The notes beneath the pieces were generated by a model. The model was not told the DNA's origin and made no database searches. It was given only the letters and a program-made list of their open reading frames with translations. A program made the position numbers and the translations under genes. Shown piece by piece: positions 1 to 12,300 of a stretch of 64,000 nucleotides of DNA (position 1 is the first letter of the stretch; the number at the start of each line of letters is the position of its first letter). This DNA is from the human T2T-CHM13v2.0 reference genome, Homo sapiens, in NCBI RefSeq assembly GCF_009914755.1, contig NC_060929.1. One strand, written 5' to 3'.

Positions 1-1074
1 GTAAATCAAAGCATCTACTTGCTAACTTCATGTGTAGCCACACTCTATCTATGTGATTCAGAGTAAGGGGAAAATACCAAGGAAAAGGCATTCTGAAAAG
101 TAGGGGAGCTTCCCGGAAGAGGAAGCACCTAAGCAGGCCCTTGAAGGAAACAGGTTTGATGAGATGAGAGTGAAGGGAAGTCCAGGCTGATGTGACAGTG
201 AATGAGGAGCAGAAAGCCTCATGCTGGAATGAGTACCTTGAACTTTGGAGTCATCAAACCTGCTATTATTAAAAAAAACAACCCATTGATGAAATATGGT
301 CACAAAAGTATTTGAGTATCTGCTGTGGGCCAGGTGCCAAAGGAAACGGACTCTGTCCTCCAGGAGCCAGGAATTTCAGAGGAGCTAAGACTCAGACAGG
401 AGTGGGAAGTAGTCCTTCAACTACTAAAATCATAGAATCTGTGATGAAAGCTCGGAGCCCTGCGTCAACCCTACTTCTGAGGAAGGAGCAGTGCATAACG
501 GGCACTTGAAGTCTTAGAGAAGCCAATGAGGGTTAGCAAATGTAATGAGCTTAATTAAGCTAAAACAGTTAAAAGAGACTTCCTGAGGGCTCATAGCCAC
601 TAGCAAGATTGGCCTTTGTTAAGTGAGCAGTGGGAGGTTACCTGTGCCCAACCAGAGCCTCTCCTGCCTAAGTGATGGGGGATGCAGGAGTGGACCAGGC
701 TTCAAAGGGAGCCATCCAGTCAGCTGGGCTGGGACAGGTTCAGCAGAGCTCAGACTCAGCCACGCGCACTAGCAACTGCCAGAAGGTGAAGCTGTATCTA
801 ATGAAACTTACTGAAGCCCAAAGAATGAGGACTGAGGGAATCAATTACTCACAAGACCGCAGCCTGCCTACTGGGGTTTATCTAAACTAGATGAAGTTGA
901 ACTTGGCTGAGTCAATTTAAACAGTTCCAAGGGGGCTCCTTCATCTTCAGCGAAGGGTGTTCTATCTCTGGTGGCTAATATAGTTTTCAAATGTATGCTA
1001 TTCGTATTTCTATCAAGGAATATTTCCAAAGCTGGATATGAAAAGATGGTCAGGATGGCCCAGCTGCAGAAATA

Positions 1075-1275
1075 TAGCTATTATTTGTTAAGCACCGACT
1101 GGGAAGTAGACACTGTGCTAGGGTCTTTGTATATGGTCCTAATCCTCACACAGACCTGCAAAGAAGCTATTATCATTGCTAGTTTTCAGATGGGAAAACT
1201 ACAGCTTGGAGAAGTCAGGTGACTCACCCAGGGTCTCACAGTGAACTGGGATTTGAGCCTATGTCAATCTGACTC
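1075..1275 (-). mobile_element. MIR
   Basis: TAATCCTCACA...CAGATGGGAAAACT...GTGACTCACCCAGGGTCTCACAG...GGATTTGAGCC MIR core. Many other MIR fragments in the window are not listed. Confidence 0.6.
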
Positions 1276-1810
1276 CCCTGTGCACCATGCAACCTACACC
1301 ACAGAATGAAGTGGAATATTGACCATGCTGGGAAGATGGAAGAGTGGTAAAAGCTGTTGGAAGAACTCAGGATCCCAGCAACCTGGGTTATTTAGTGCAG
1401 GGGGAAACTGCCCTCTGTGTTCCATTAGCCCTGTGTAGTAGTGGCAGAAATATTCTGAGTTACTAGGAGAGGACTGTGTTTGTTCAGTGGCTTCTATTCA
1501 AAGGAACAGGAAAAAAAAGTGTGGCGCATTTCAGATTTCACATAGTAAGGAAACACAGATCCCTGTCCCTAAGGCATATTTAGGTAAGAAGGCCTCAGAG
1601 ATCTTGGGTTACAAAACCCCAGCGTCCCTCAGGAGTTAGGCTCACACCCAGGACTCCTGGTTTTGTGAACTTGCTGAGTCCCTTCTCTACGCCCCTGAAT
1701 TGCCAGAGGAAGTTAAAGAAAGGGAGTCCTGGGGCTCCGGGCTCACCTTGCAAGGAGGAGTCTGGGATCCTGTCTGGTTTCTCTGCGCTGAGAGTGCAGA
1801 AGAGGGAGTA

Positions 1811-1829
1811 TGGCCACCAGGTGGCGCCC
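1811..1829 (+). promoter_or_regulatory. Candidate CTCF site
   Basis: TGGCCACCAGGTGGCGCCC closely matches the CTCF core consensus (TGGCCACCAGGGGGCGC). Confidence 0.65.
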
Positions 1830-2364
1830 TCCCCTCAATCGGTGGCAGCCTCAGGCCACAGGGGAAGGCCCTAGGAGTATTTTCTGTCCCTCATAGAGAT
1901 GCTGTATTTGGTGAATACTTCGATTCACACCGTTGTAAAAATCCTAGAGAGTCCATGCAGAAAGGGACTTAGATCTGGTCCCCCTTCCTTGTTTTACAGA
2001 GTCCAGCTGGGGCAAGGAAGTACCGAAGGTCACACAGCAAACTGAACCCCCTTCTCTTGCCTTCTGGGGCTAGTGCTTTTCCTGCCACACTAGCTGTTCT
2101 TGCACTTCCAGCCACACCTCCCACGCCTCACCGTCGGACAGCCTGCGCTCTACCCTCAGCCAAGAGCCTGGTCTCAGGGTGCCCTGAAGGGCCACGCTGT
2201 CTTCGCCTTTCCTGCCACACTCTGTCGCTTCCCAAGCAGGCCCAGCAGCTCAACCTCAACCACAACAGCAGCAAGAACAGCTCGTGTTTACCACCGGCCT
2301 GCTCCAGGCCAGGCTAAGAGCTTCCCAGGTCCTCAAAACGCTTCTAGACGCTACTCTGCCTTCC

Positions 2365-2681
<317 letters not shown>

Positions 2682-2842
2682 TCTGCCTTCCCTTTTACAG
2701 AAGTGAGCTGTGGGTCTCAGAAAGGTTAAAAAACCTGCCCATTGCCATGCAGCTCATTTCACCAACTCACCTAGTTTTGAGTACAGGCCTGGGGGGCCAG
2801 TCTAGACCTCCCTGTTGACCTTGGCCAGGCCTCTTGTGCTAA

Positions 2843-3196
<354 letters not shown>

Positions 3197-3480
3197 TGAC
3201 AGGAGTTCTGTTGCGGGGAGGAAAGATATTGTTAGCCCATCTTAGAGATTAGAAAACTGGGGCACAAGGAGATGACTGGACCAAGGTCACCTGACTCATA
3301 GTAGACTTGGAACTGGAACTAGGTGGGACACTCCAAAAGGCACTCCACATCTTACTGCCCAGCTATAGTCCCCCTACTGTCTCTGGGAGTCACGGAACTG
3401 AGTGGCTGAAAGGGCAGGTTTTCGAGTCAAATGCATCTGGGTCTGCAGCCCAGCCCTGCCACTTAATAGTTATGTGCCTG

Positions 3481-3772
3481 GACCAGGCACGGTGGCTCTC
3501 GCCTGTAATCCCAGCACTTTGGGAGGCTAAGGTGGGAGGATCATTTGAGCTCGAGACCAGCCAGCTGACAAGCTGAAACCCCATCTCTACTAAAAATACA
3601 AAAAGTTAGCCAGGTATATTGGTCAGCACCTGTAATCCCAGCTACTCGGGAGGCTGAGGCAGGAGTATCGCTTGAACCTGAGAGACGGAGGTTTCAGTGA
3701 GCCGAGACGGCACCACTGCACTATAGCCTGGGCAAAAAGAATGAAACTCCAACTTAAAAAAAAAAAAAAAAA
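3481..3772 (+). mobile_element. Alu
   Basis: Alu dimer with A tail. Confidence 0.9.
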
Positions 3773-3779
3773 GCCCCTG

Positions 3780-4008
3780 GTTTTGAAGGCTTAGTATGAA
3801 AAAAAAAGAATGTAAAATATCTTACTAATAATTTTTAGATGGATTCATGTTGAAATTCTATTTTGGATATATTAAGTTAAACAAAATACATTATTAAAAT
3901 AATTTCACCTGTTTCTCTTCTCATTTTTATTGTGGCTACTAGAAAATGTTTAATCACCTATGTGACTCGCACTTATAGCTTGCATGATAGTTGTACTGTA
4001 CAGTGCTG
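3780..4008. mobile_element. MER33/MER3-like hAT-Charlie DNA transposon fragment
   Basis: ATTTTGGATATATT..TTAAAATAATTTCACCTGTTTC..GTGGCTACTAGAAAAT..ACAGTGCTG signature. Confidence 0.65.
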
Positions 4009-4355
4009 CCTGAAACAGTTTCAGAAATTCAACGGCTACAGGCTGCCTTCCCCCTGTGTTACCTTAATGATGTGGACTATAAGGGCTTTGAAGCAGGAAT
4101 TTGCTCACTGGGTGTGTGTCCTTGAGAAAGTCACTGAAATCTTCTGCATCTGTTGGAAGTATGCCCTGAGTCTCCAAAGCCAGCAAACAAACCAAAAGAA
4201 ACCCTCAATGCTTCACAAGACTGTTATGAGGATTAAATAAAATAATAAAAATAGCTCTACCATGGGCAACGCGCTAAGTGCTTTGCATGCCTTATCTCTT
4301 TCCATCCTCACAGACCCAAGGATGTTGGGGGAATGATTGCTCTCATTTTGTAGAT

Positions 4356-4429
4356 AAGAAAACTGAGGTTGAGAAATGTTCAGTAACTTGTGAAGAAAAC
4401 TGAGATTGGGAAATGTTCAGTAACTTGTG
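4356..4429. repeat. 37-bp tandem duplication within a MIR
   Basis: AAGAAAACTGAG(G/A)TTG(A/G)GAAATGTTCAGTAACTTGTG x2. Confidence 0.9.
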
Positions 4430-5590
4430 CAGGGACTCCTGGCCCTTGTATTGTTCTGTTCCCTGCACTAAAAGTAGAAGGTATTAAATAAACAAAGGGA
4501 AGAGAAGGGCACAACTTCCCTGAGATGCTGGGCAAGTCCCTCTCCTTTGTGAGCCTCAGTTTCTCCTTCTGTAAATGAGGGACATGCTTGGATGGTGGGT
4601 AAAGACCTTTGAGGTCTCAGTGTTATGGGGTGTGTTCACATTTCAGTGAACATAAGCCTTTCAGGACTCCTCTAAAGTCCGATGCTTTCCATTGTCTATT
4701 TTGTGGGGATAAATGTGCATTTCTGTTTGTTTTAATAACATTTGTAGGAGCTTTATATAGTGTCTACGTCTGCTTACATTAGATGCTGTGTATTATAGTT
4801 AAGAGTCTTTCACGATTTCCCATATAAACCTAGTTTTTTATGAGTTTGGGAGAGCTCAGCTGTAAAAACTCTCTCAGCTGAAAAAATTTTGTTTCTAACA
4901 AATCAGGTTTAAATCAGGAGGCTGGTTTCAGACACTTCAGAACGTGCATATTTTTTCTCTTCAGTCACTCTTCATTTAAAAATGAGATTGGCTGATTTCT
5001 TAGTTTCGTTTCTTTTGTGAAGATTTAGCAAGACTATAAGGTTAACCGATGGTTGCATAGACAGAAGGTATCCAGTGCCTTTTCCGTAAGAACCCTGGGT
5101 TTGAGGCGCACCTTCTAATCCGGGCTCAGCCTTTGACTGGCTGTGTGACCCTGAACTGGTCACATCAACTCTCTTGGGTTTGCCTTTCCCACATCTGTCC
5201 ATGGGGAGCATCATTCCTGCCTTGGCTGTCTTCCAGATTATGGGGAGGAAAATGCACTTATAAAAGTGGAAGTACCCGGGTAAGGTAAATGTGCCAGGCA
5301 AACACCAGAGACTACTGCAAAGAATAACGTGCTGAATTCCTCACCAGGAGAAAGTAGATTCCTGGAATCAGAATGTTACTAACAGGAAACCACCTTGGAG
5401 CCTACCCTTTTCCTCATTTTCTAGATGGGATCCACTCAGAGCCCTGACAGGGGAAGAGGGTTCCAGGAGAATGCTGGAATTTGAATCCCAGATCCTTTCA
5501 CGTAACTCCTTCCTTCTTTTTTTCTCTACCTTACTTTGGGGACTAAGGAAGATCAGACTGAGAGAAACTGTATTTGGGCACATATGTATG

Positions 5591-5593
<3 letters not shown>

Positions 5594-5623
<30 letters not shown>
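5594..5623. repeat. (CA)n microsatellite
   Basis: About 15 AC units. Confidence 0.95.
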
Positions 5624-5625
<2 letters not shown>

Positions 5626-6069
5626 GGAGGTGCTCCGAGATGTGGGGGAAACAGGTCTCTGGAGGTAGCCATGTTTGCACTTTGATACAAGTCCTATCTG
5701 CCATCCATGTGACCTTGGACAAAATCCTTCACCTCTCTACGCCTCAGCTCCCTCAATATTGACCTCACGGAACCCTGTGAGGCTTATATGAAATAATGCA
5801 TGCTGAGTTTAAATACTTTTCTTTATAAATGTTAGCTGTTACTATTTCATTCATCAATAGACTTTAAATGTAAGAAAAAAAGACTATTTGCTGTGTACGA
5901 GGAATAATAAACTCTTCAGGACAAATATTTTCTGTTGTATGTTAATTGATCGTTATTAGGATCTTTTCATTATATTTATGCCCACAGTGCCTAGCACATG
6001 GTGGGCACACAATAAATGTATGTTAAATAAATGGTGTATTGAAAGTATGCTGGCAACAGAGGAAATTGC

Positions 6070-6500
6070 AGCTTAATTTTTATTGCAAAAGTAATACTTA
6101 TTCATTATAAGACATTTAAGAAAAATATGGCTAAGCAAGAGGAAAAGTCAAAATTACCCTTATTCCCACAAGTCAGAGGTAAAGGTGTGAAAGTTTTGAT
6201 GTATATTCTTCCAATTTTTCTCCACGAATAATATTTTTTTATTTTTACATGAAAAGGGTCACAATGGACAGTGTTTGGTGTAATATGGGAGGAGGTTTTC
6301 TCACTTAATATATCGTGAACAATTTCCATGTCAATTCCCACATTTTTTCTAATGGCTGAATAGTAACCCACTTGTACTGATGGCTTTATTGAGCCAGTTC
6401 TGTAATTATAGGACATCAGGTTCTTTCTCGTGTTTCACTCTTTAATAGAATAGTCCTATAGTTAACGTTTTGTAACATCAATATTTCCTTGCAGTAAACT
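6070..6500 (-). mobile_element. Old L1M fragment
   Basis: TTTTCTCACTTAATATATCGTGAACAATTTCCATGTC...AATGGCTGAATAGTA resembles an antisense L1ME 3' region. Confidence 0.5.
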
Positions 6501-6779
6501 CCTGGAATTTACTTTTAAGTTGGTAACCATTCCATTTTTCCCATTTTTTAAAAAAGATGTATTTAATTCAAAAATAATAAATAATGACCCTGCTTCTGCC
6601 ACAGCTGATTTGAGGTGTCTGACAAACCTCGTTGAAACCTGGGCAGAGAAGAAGAAACTAAACGTTAGACTCTAAAGATGTTTTCAAAGAAGGGAGGGCT
6701 AAGGAGGGGTGGGAGCCTGGAGAGCCAGGGTGGCAGCGAGAAGGGCTGGACCCCTAGTCTGCAGACCCTCAGCACAGAA

Positions 6780-8000
6780 TGGTTTGTGAAACCTGGGGCA
6801 GCTCCGAGCCGTTCTCTGTGCTCGGCTTTTTCAGCTGTGCGGTGGGAGCTGGGGATGTGGCGTGGGCGTGGGAGGCCGCTGGAGTCAGGCGTGGGGAGAG
6901 TGGGGGACTATCCAGTGACCCTCTCAATGGGCGCCGGCTCCGTCTCGGCTCCCGGGTTCAGGGACTGCACGTTTCTGAGACCGAGTTTAGGGCTCCAAGG
7001 CTCTCTTCCCAAAGAGGGTTTGGGGCCAGCAGGATTGGGTTTTCTGAAGAGGCCTGGTTATGCCAGACTTGGCTTTGGCGGCCGCTGGCGGGTCTCCCTC
7101 AGCACCCCCTCTTCTTTCCCCGGCTATAAGAAAGCTAGACCAGGGTGCGCATTCTTCCCGTGCCTAGGATACTTCACGGTGCTAAAAATAGTCCTGGGAG
7201 CTGGGACCTGTGTATAGCCAGAGGTTTGTGTGTGAGCGAAGTTGGAGTCCTGGGTTCGAATCTAGATAAGCTTCCCTCCGTGCTGTGGGGCTTAGATCAC
7301 CTCCCTCCCTGAGTCTGTTTCTCCATGCGCGCCGGAATTTCTAAACGGACTCCCAGAAAGAAACGGAAAGAAAGAAGGTAAAGAAAAGAAAAACAAAACA
7401 ACAAGAAAGAAACTTTGATTTTTCTCTCTGCTCCTCCCCAAGGGCCCTGGGGCCTCGGGCCGGGTACTGAGGCCGAGGAAGGGGTGCGTCGGACGGGCTC
7501 ATTACCGCCAAGTGTTGCCCTAGTTAAATCGCGGGCCTGTTTGATCTGGCGGCGGGTGGCGAGAGGGAAAAAAGAAAAAAGTAGGGGGGCGAGAGTAGAG
7601 AGAGAAGCTCACACCTCCCCCACTGTTTCCTAGCGCCCATAAAACACCTTTTATTAACTCCTTCGCGTCCGGAAAGGCCCGCGTGGCCTCTCAGCCCCTG
7701 CTACGGTGTTTACAGCCAAGACTAATGGGGTCCCATATTCACCCCGACGCTGGGACAAGGCGCCTGGGGCACGCCTGGTGCCCCACGAGGCCCTGCCCCG
7801 GAGCTGCCTGAGGTCTCCTTTCTTGTTCCCAAGCCGAGCGCTCAGGCTCCAGGTGCGCAGAGCGAAAGTTCCAAGACAGCCTCACGGGTCTCCCCTCCTC
7901 CTTCGCAGTGAGCGCCGCAGACCCTCAGGCGCTGCAGAGCGTGCGCTCCGTGGGGCAACCATGGGAGCTGTTGGGAGACACAGAAGTGCTTAGCGCAGTG
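6780..8000. promoter_or_regulatory. Downstream CpG-rich region / candidate regulatory element
   Basis: CG-dense unique sequence 1-2 kb beyond the HAND1 poly(A) site, with CCATAAAA/TTTTATTA CDX/HOX-type motifs at ~7637-7657. Confidence 0.6.
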
Positions 8001-8929
8001 CCTAGCACACAGTTGCACGCAACCAAAGTATTCGTACATTATTATTCCTGGAAGTATAAACCACTGCGTTTGCCCGCCCCAGTTTAGCCCAATACGCATC
8101 CAAGATCCTTGGCAAATGCACCGAATTTATACCCACCACACCTAGTCATGGGTGCGCATGAGAGAACACAAAGACTGGCTCTCCTGCACAAGTGCCCGAA
8201 TGAGCACGCATACACACATACACCCCATCCCTTTGCACAAATCCATATGCTCTCACAACCTTCTGTCGAGTGCTTCGTTGCTAAAGAGAAACCTAAATAC
8301 CTCAATTTAACATATAAGCACTCACAAGCTTATTTTACTCAGGTATAAAATAATAATAGCTGCTGTGACTTGTCAAGTCCTTACTGTGTGCTTGGAGCTG
8401 TACTAAGCAGACCCTTGTTGGCCCCTGCACAGCCTCAGGCTCCGTATGAGTTGCTGCACTGTCACATGTACATCTATATGTTGAGAATTTCACATACATG
8501 AACATATTCCCCACCAACACCCCCTCTCCTGAGCTACCCTGCCCCAGGGATAGGATTCACCTGTGTGCTAGGCCCCCTTCCCTCCCAATAAACACTCCAA
8601 ACCACTCTTTGCAGACACCAGTGGGCATACTAACCTCCAGACAAGCACGAATACTCAACGCACAAAAACCCGAGCCCAGGCCCTCTGAGACTAATTCGTT
8701 TCCGTTTTTGTTCTTCCCCGTTCCCATAAGTTACCCCCACCTCCCGTTCTAGTCTAAAGAGAACTTTGCTCTTGTTCTTGAAATACATTCTTTATCTGCC
8801 GGCTTCCCTTGATTTCAAGTTTGGTTTCGTGTTTATCAAAAGAAGAGGAGCAGGAACAGAGGCTTTCCACCTAGCAGAAGCCATGGGAGTCGGTGAGGGA
8901 CCCCGGTTGAGACATGACACAGGCTTCAG

Positions 8930-9764
8930 ATGATTTCAGAAAATGTTTTATTAATCAAGAGCATAGACACTGCTTTGGCGAAGGGAGGGGGGCTGTGAGT
9001 GGTCACACAGACTTGAGGTAGAAAAGGGTTGGGGATGGCAGGATGAACAAACACCTGAGCACAACAGGCATGGTAGGTAGTTTAAATACATAAAAACTTT
9101 CCAACACAGGGAAAGCTTTTATTTAGATAGAAACAAAAAGGAAGGAAAAGAAGGAAGAAAAGAGAGAGACAGAGAAAGAGAGAAAGTGTTTCCCTTGGAA
9201 CTAAACAGGAAGTGCAGCGACAAAAAGAAAAATAAAATAAAACCACCACGATTCGAAGAACAAAGGGCAGCCTTTCATCTTCCTGCGTCTGGTTCTCTTT
9301 CTCAGGCAGAAAAGAATTGATTCCTTATTGCATTTTAATTAGAGAAGACGGCGTCGGGGCGGATCATATGGAGGGACAAGAGAGAAAGAGCCAGATAGGG
9401 AAATGGAGATAGGGCTGAGGTTCTAAATTCGCTCCAAAAGGGTGGAAGAGTGCGTCTTTGAGCCCTTGGGTTCGACAGTCCCTCCTTCTTGCATGTTGCC
9501 GCCAAGGGCCGCCCTCGGTTGGGCTGGGGGTGGATATATATATATTTCTCTTTCTCTTAATGTATTAAAAAAAATCAAAGGACATTGCACGTGCGATCCA
9601 AGTGTGTGGTTGCAGCCGACGACCTGCCGGCGCTCAGCAGAAGCTCCGCGGGATGCGTAGCACCAGTCGCCGGAGCCCAGAGCCTGGCGTTCGCCGCTGC
9701 CTTCCTCTCCTCCCGGGGCTTCAGGAGTGGCTGGCCTGGCCAGGTCCTCGGCGCGGGCCTCGGC
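8930..9764 (-). other. HAND1: HAND1 3' UTR with poly(A) signals AATAAA at 9123-9118 and 8952-8947
   Basis: TTTATT on + at 8947-8952 and 9118-9123; CU-rich tract (GA-rich on +, ~9135-9185); miRNA seed matches. Exact cleavage site estimated. Confidence 0.85.
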
Positions 9765-9869
9765 TCACTGGTTTAACTCCAGCGCCCAGACTTGCTGCGG
9801 CCAGCCGGTGCGTCCTTTAATCCTCTTCTCGACTGGGCCCAGGGCAGGAGGAAAACCTTCGTGCTGCTG
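9765..9869 (-). CDS. HAND1: HAND1 exon 2 coding part (aa 182-215 + stop)
   Basis: Encodes [34 protein letters not shown], the HAND C-terminal motif. Preceded by a pyrimidine tract and CAG acceptor (9872-9870). 181+34 = 215 aa. Confidence 0.97.
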   Translation of the reverse strand, partial: QQHEGFPPALGPVEKRIKGRTGWPQQVWALELNQ

Positions 9870-11424
9870 CTGCCAAAGGACACACAGAAGAAAAGAGGCG
9901 GGAGAGACAGGTTTTAATTTTTCTGCTCCGATCGCCCGGCATGGGGTAAGATGAGGAGGAGGGGAAGGTGTCGGGAGCAGTAACTGGGAGTCTTTAAATA
10001 AGTGACGGATTTCTGTTTGCGAAATAGGCAAACAGGCTCGTAAATTTGCCTTTATGCGCGGAGTTCCTGGGACCCGGGATGGGCTGGGCAGCTTCGGGAG
10101 GTTTGGTAAGGAAAATGTTCTGCGTCTGGTGAAACTGACGCGCGTTGATTTGGCTTTAGGACACCTAAGGGAGATCCCAGGATATTGGAAGGGAGGGGTG
10201 GAAATCCACGGTTCTCCCGCTCTCGCTGCACCCCACACACTTCCGCCAGCCTCCCAACCTGGTTTAAACATCAGGGCTTGGATGCAGGCTTGGGGCCCCC
10301 TAAGCCGGAGCTGGGAGCCTCAGATACGGAGGTAAAAGAGCGGGGAGTCGAGCTGGCCTAGCGTCCTCCTTCCCGCTCTTTCAGCAGGAACCAAGCGGTG
10401 CTACTTGAAGGAGGCGGCGACGCGTGGGGGCCGGGATCCGCCCAATAACAACTTCTTTCGAGGCGCCGCACCTCGAAAGAAGCCGGCCTGCACCATCCCC
10501 AGTCCGGGGCAGCCGTTTAGAGACTCGATGCCTATTTATCTTTCCCTCGTCCCTGGATGAGCTTTCGTCAGTTTACCACAGGCCCCCGCAGGTTGGATAA
10601 ACCAGGTGGGGCGCTTCAGCTGGCTCCACTCCGCTACGGCCTTAAGCCCCCCAACCTAGAGAAACTGATTGGCCAGCCTGAAAACCCAGCGCTCAGAAGC
10701 CCCCAGCCCCGGACAGCCAGACCGAGTGCCAGGAAGTGTCACCCTAACCGGAGAGGATCAAGAAGGCCAAGACGAGACTGCGCTCTCCAAAGCTAAAAGA
10801 AGTGGCTCTTATTTACATGCAAAGCCACTGAAGTCGTCCTCAGAACCAGTCCATGGGGAGAACCAGAACTGGCCCTGGACTGAGTAGAAGACCCGATCTG
10901 TTTTACCTCACCTCCACCCTGGACTCCTCAGATAGGTGCTTTTCCTGCCCCGACCCACTCTGGGCCCTCAGTTTCCCTATTTATACAATGATGGAAGTAG
11001 ACTAGCCGGTCCAGCAAAGGCCCTTTGAAAACAGGAACCGAGCCCGGGCACATAAATTCAAACTCAAAGTAAAGAACTTTAACACATATTCTTAACCTGG
11101 CTTCCAGGAGAGCCCAGGAATGAATCAGGACTTCTCCAAATTGGAAGCAAAACCTGTGGTGTGTGCATTTTTGGAGGGTCCGAGGCTCCAAACAGATTAT
11201 TCACTCAGTATTACAAACACTCTCCCGTATTACAAATGAATTCTATGACGAATCTGCCTCCCTCCATGCACAGGATCGCACGCTGTGACCAACCATCTCA
11301 GAACTCTTCCCAACCTTTCCAAATCGGACACAGGACAACACAGCCTCCTTCGACTACCTGCATGGCCTGAGGCTGCTCACCGCTCCTGCACCCTTGGCTG
11401 GAGCATGCAAGCCCCAGGACTCAC

Positions 11425-11967
11425 CAGCTCCCTTTTCCGCTTGCTCTCACGGCCGCCATCCGCCTTCTTGAGTTCAGCCTTGAAGGCCTCGGGATCGCCA
11501 GACTGTGCATCCTTGGCCAGCACGTCCATCAGGTAGGCGATGTAGCTGGTGGCTAGGCGCAGAGTCTTGATCTTGGAGAGCTTGGTGTCGGCCGGCACGT
11601 TGGGGATGCACTCGCGCAACTCCGCGAATGCGCTGTTAATGCTCTCAGTGCGTCTCCGCTCCTTCTTGGGTCCTGAGCCTTTCCGCCGGCCAAGACGGCC
11701 GCCAAGCGCCTCCAGCCGCCCGGGGCTCTGCCCAGGCCTGGCGTCAGGACCATAGGCGGTGGCGGCTGCAGCGGCCGCGGGCGGCGGCCCGCCCGCAGGG
11801 AAGTCCGGGGCAGCGTCAGCCGGGCTCAGCAGCCAGCTCTGGAAGTAGGGCCTTTCCTGATGACAGCGCGAGGCCGGACCGAAGAGGAAGGGTTCGTGGA
11901 GCATGGGGTGCGCAGGGTGCGGGTGGTGATGGTGGTGATGGTGTGCGTAGCTGCCCACGAGGTTCAT
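11425..11967 (-). CDS. HAND1: HAND1 exon 1 coding part (aa 1-181: poly-His, poly-Ala, bHLH domain)
   Basis: ORF 11377..12501(-) contains [21 protein letters not shown]...[46 protein letters not shown], the HAND1 bHLH. ATG at 11967 (context AACATG). GTGAGT donor begins at 11424 after ...KRKREL. 543 nt = 181 codons. Confidence 0.98.
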
Positions 11968-12184
11968 GTTGGAGCGGCTACTGGCCTGCGCCGCCAGCCC
12001 TATTAACGCCGCTCCATGCGCCCCAGAGACTGCCGGGGGCCACCTGTGGGCTCTGGAGCCACTACTGGGCGCCGGCTTTGGGAGAGTCCGGGCAAGGCTG
12101 AAAATGAGACGCGCAGCCCACTGTCTTCTTACCGGTTTCTGCCGCGGGCGAGGTCGCCGAAGCCCAAGGACCTGTTTAACCCTT

Positions 12185-12300
12185 CTGCGGACTCCCCTGC
12201 GGATCTGGCTTATATAAGACCGCGGCTTTGATGTCAACCTCTCCCGGGAGCCAATGGCAGGGGGGCGGGGATAAGGAAAAGGGGGAGTGGCTATCCCAGG
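12185..12300 (-). promoter_or_regulatory. HAND1: HAND1 core/proximal promoter
   Basis: TATA palindrome CTTATATAAG 12209-12218, TCF/LEF CTTTGAT 12226-12232, CCAAT 12251-12255, GC box GGGGCGGGG 12262-12270, GATAAG 12270-12275, ~245 nt upstream of the ATG. TSS inferred near 12185. Confidence 0.85.

Noticed and set aside
4356-4429. 37-bp direct repeat as a CRISPR-like unit
   Set aside because: Two abutting copies with no spacer, inside a MIR in a human genome; a simple tandem duplication.
6930-6945. GGCGCC...GTCT as a BMP element
   Set aside because: Spacer is 6 bp rather than the canonical 5.
9765-10271. 168-aa ORF as a separate gene
   Set aside because: It is HAND1 exon 2 plus an open intronic frame.
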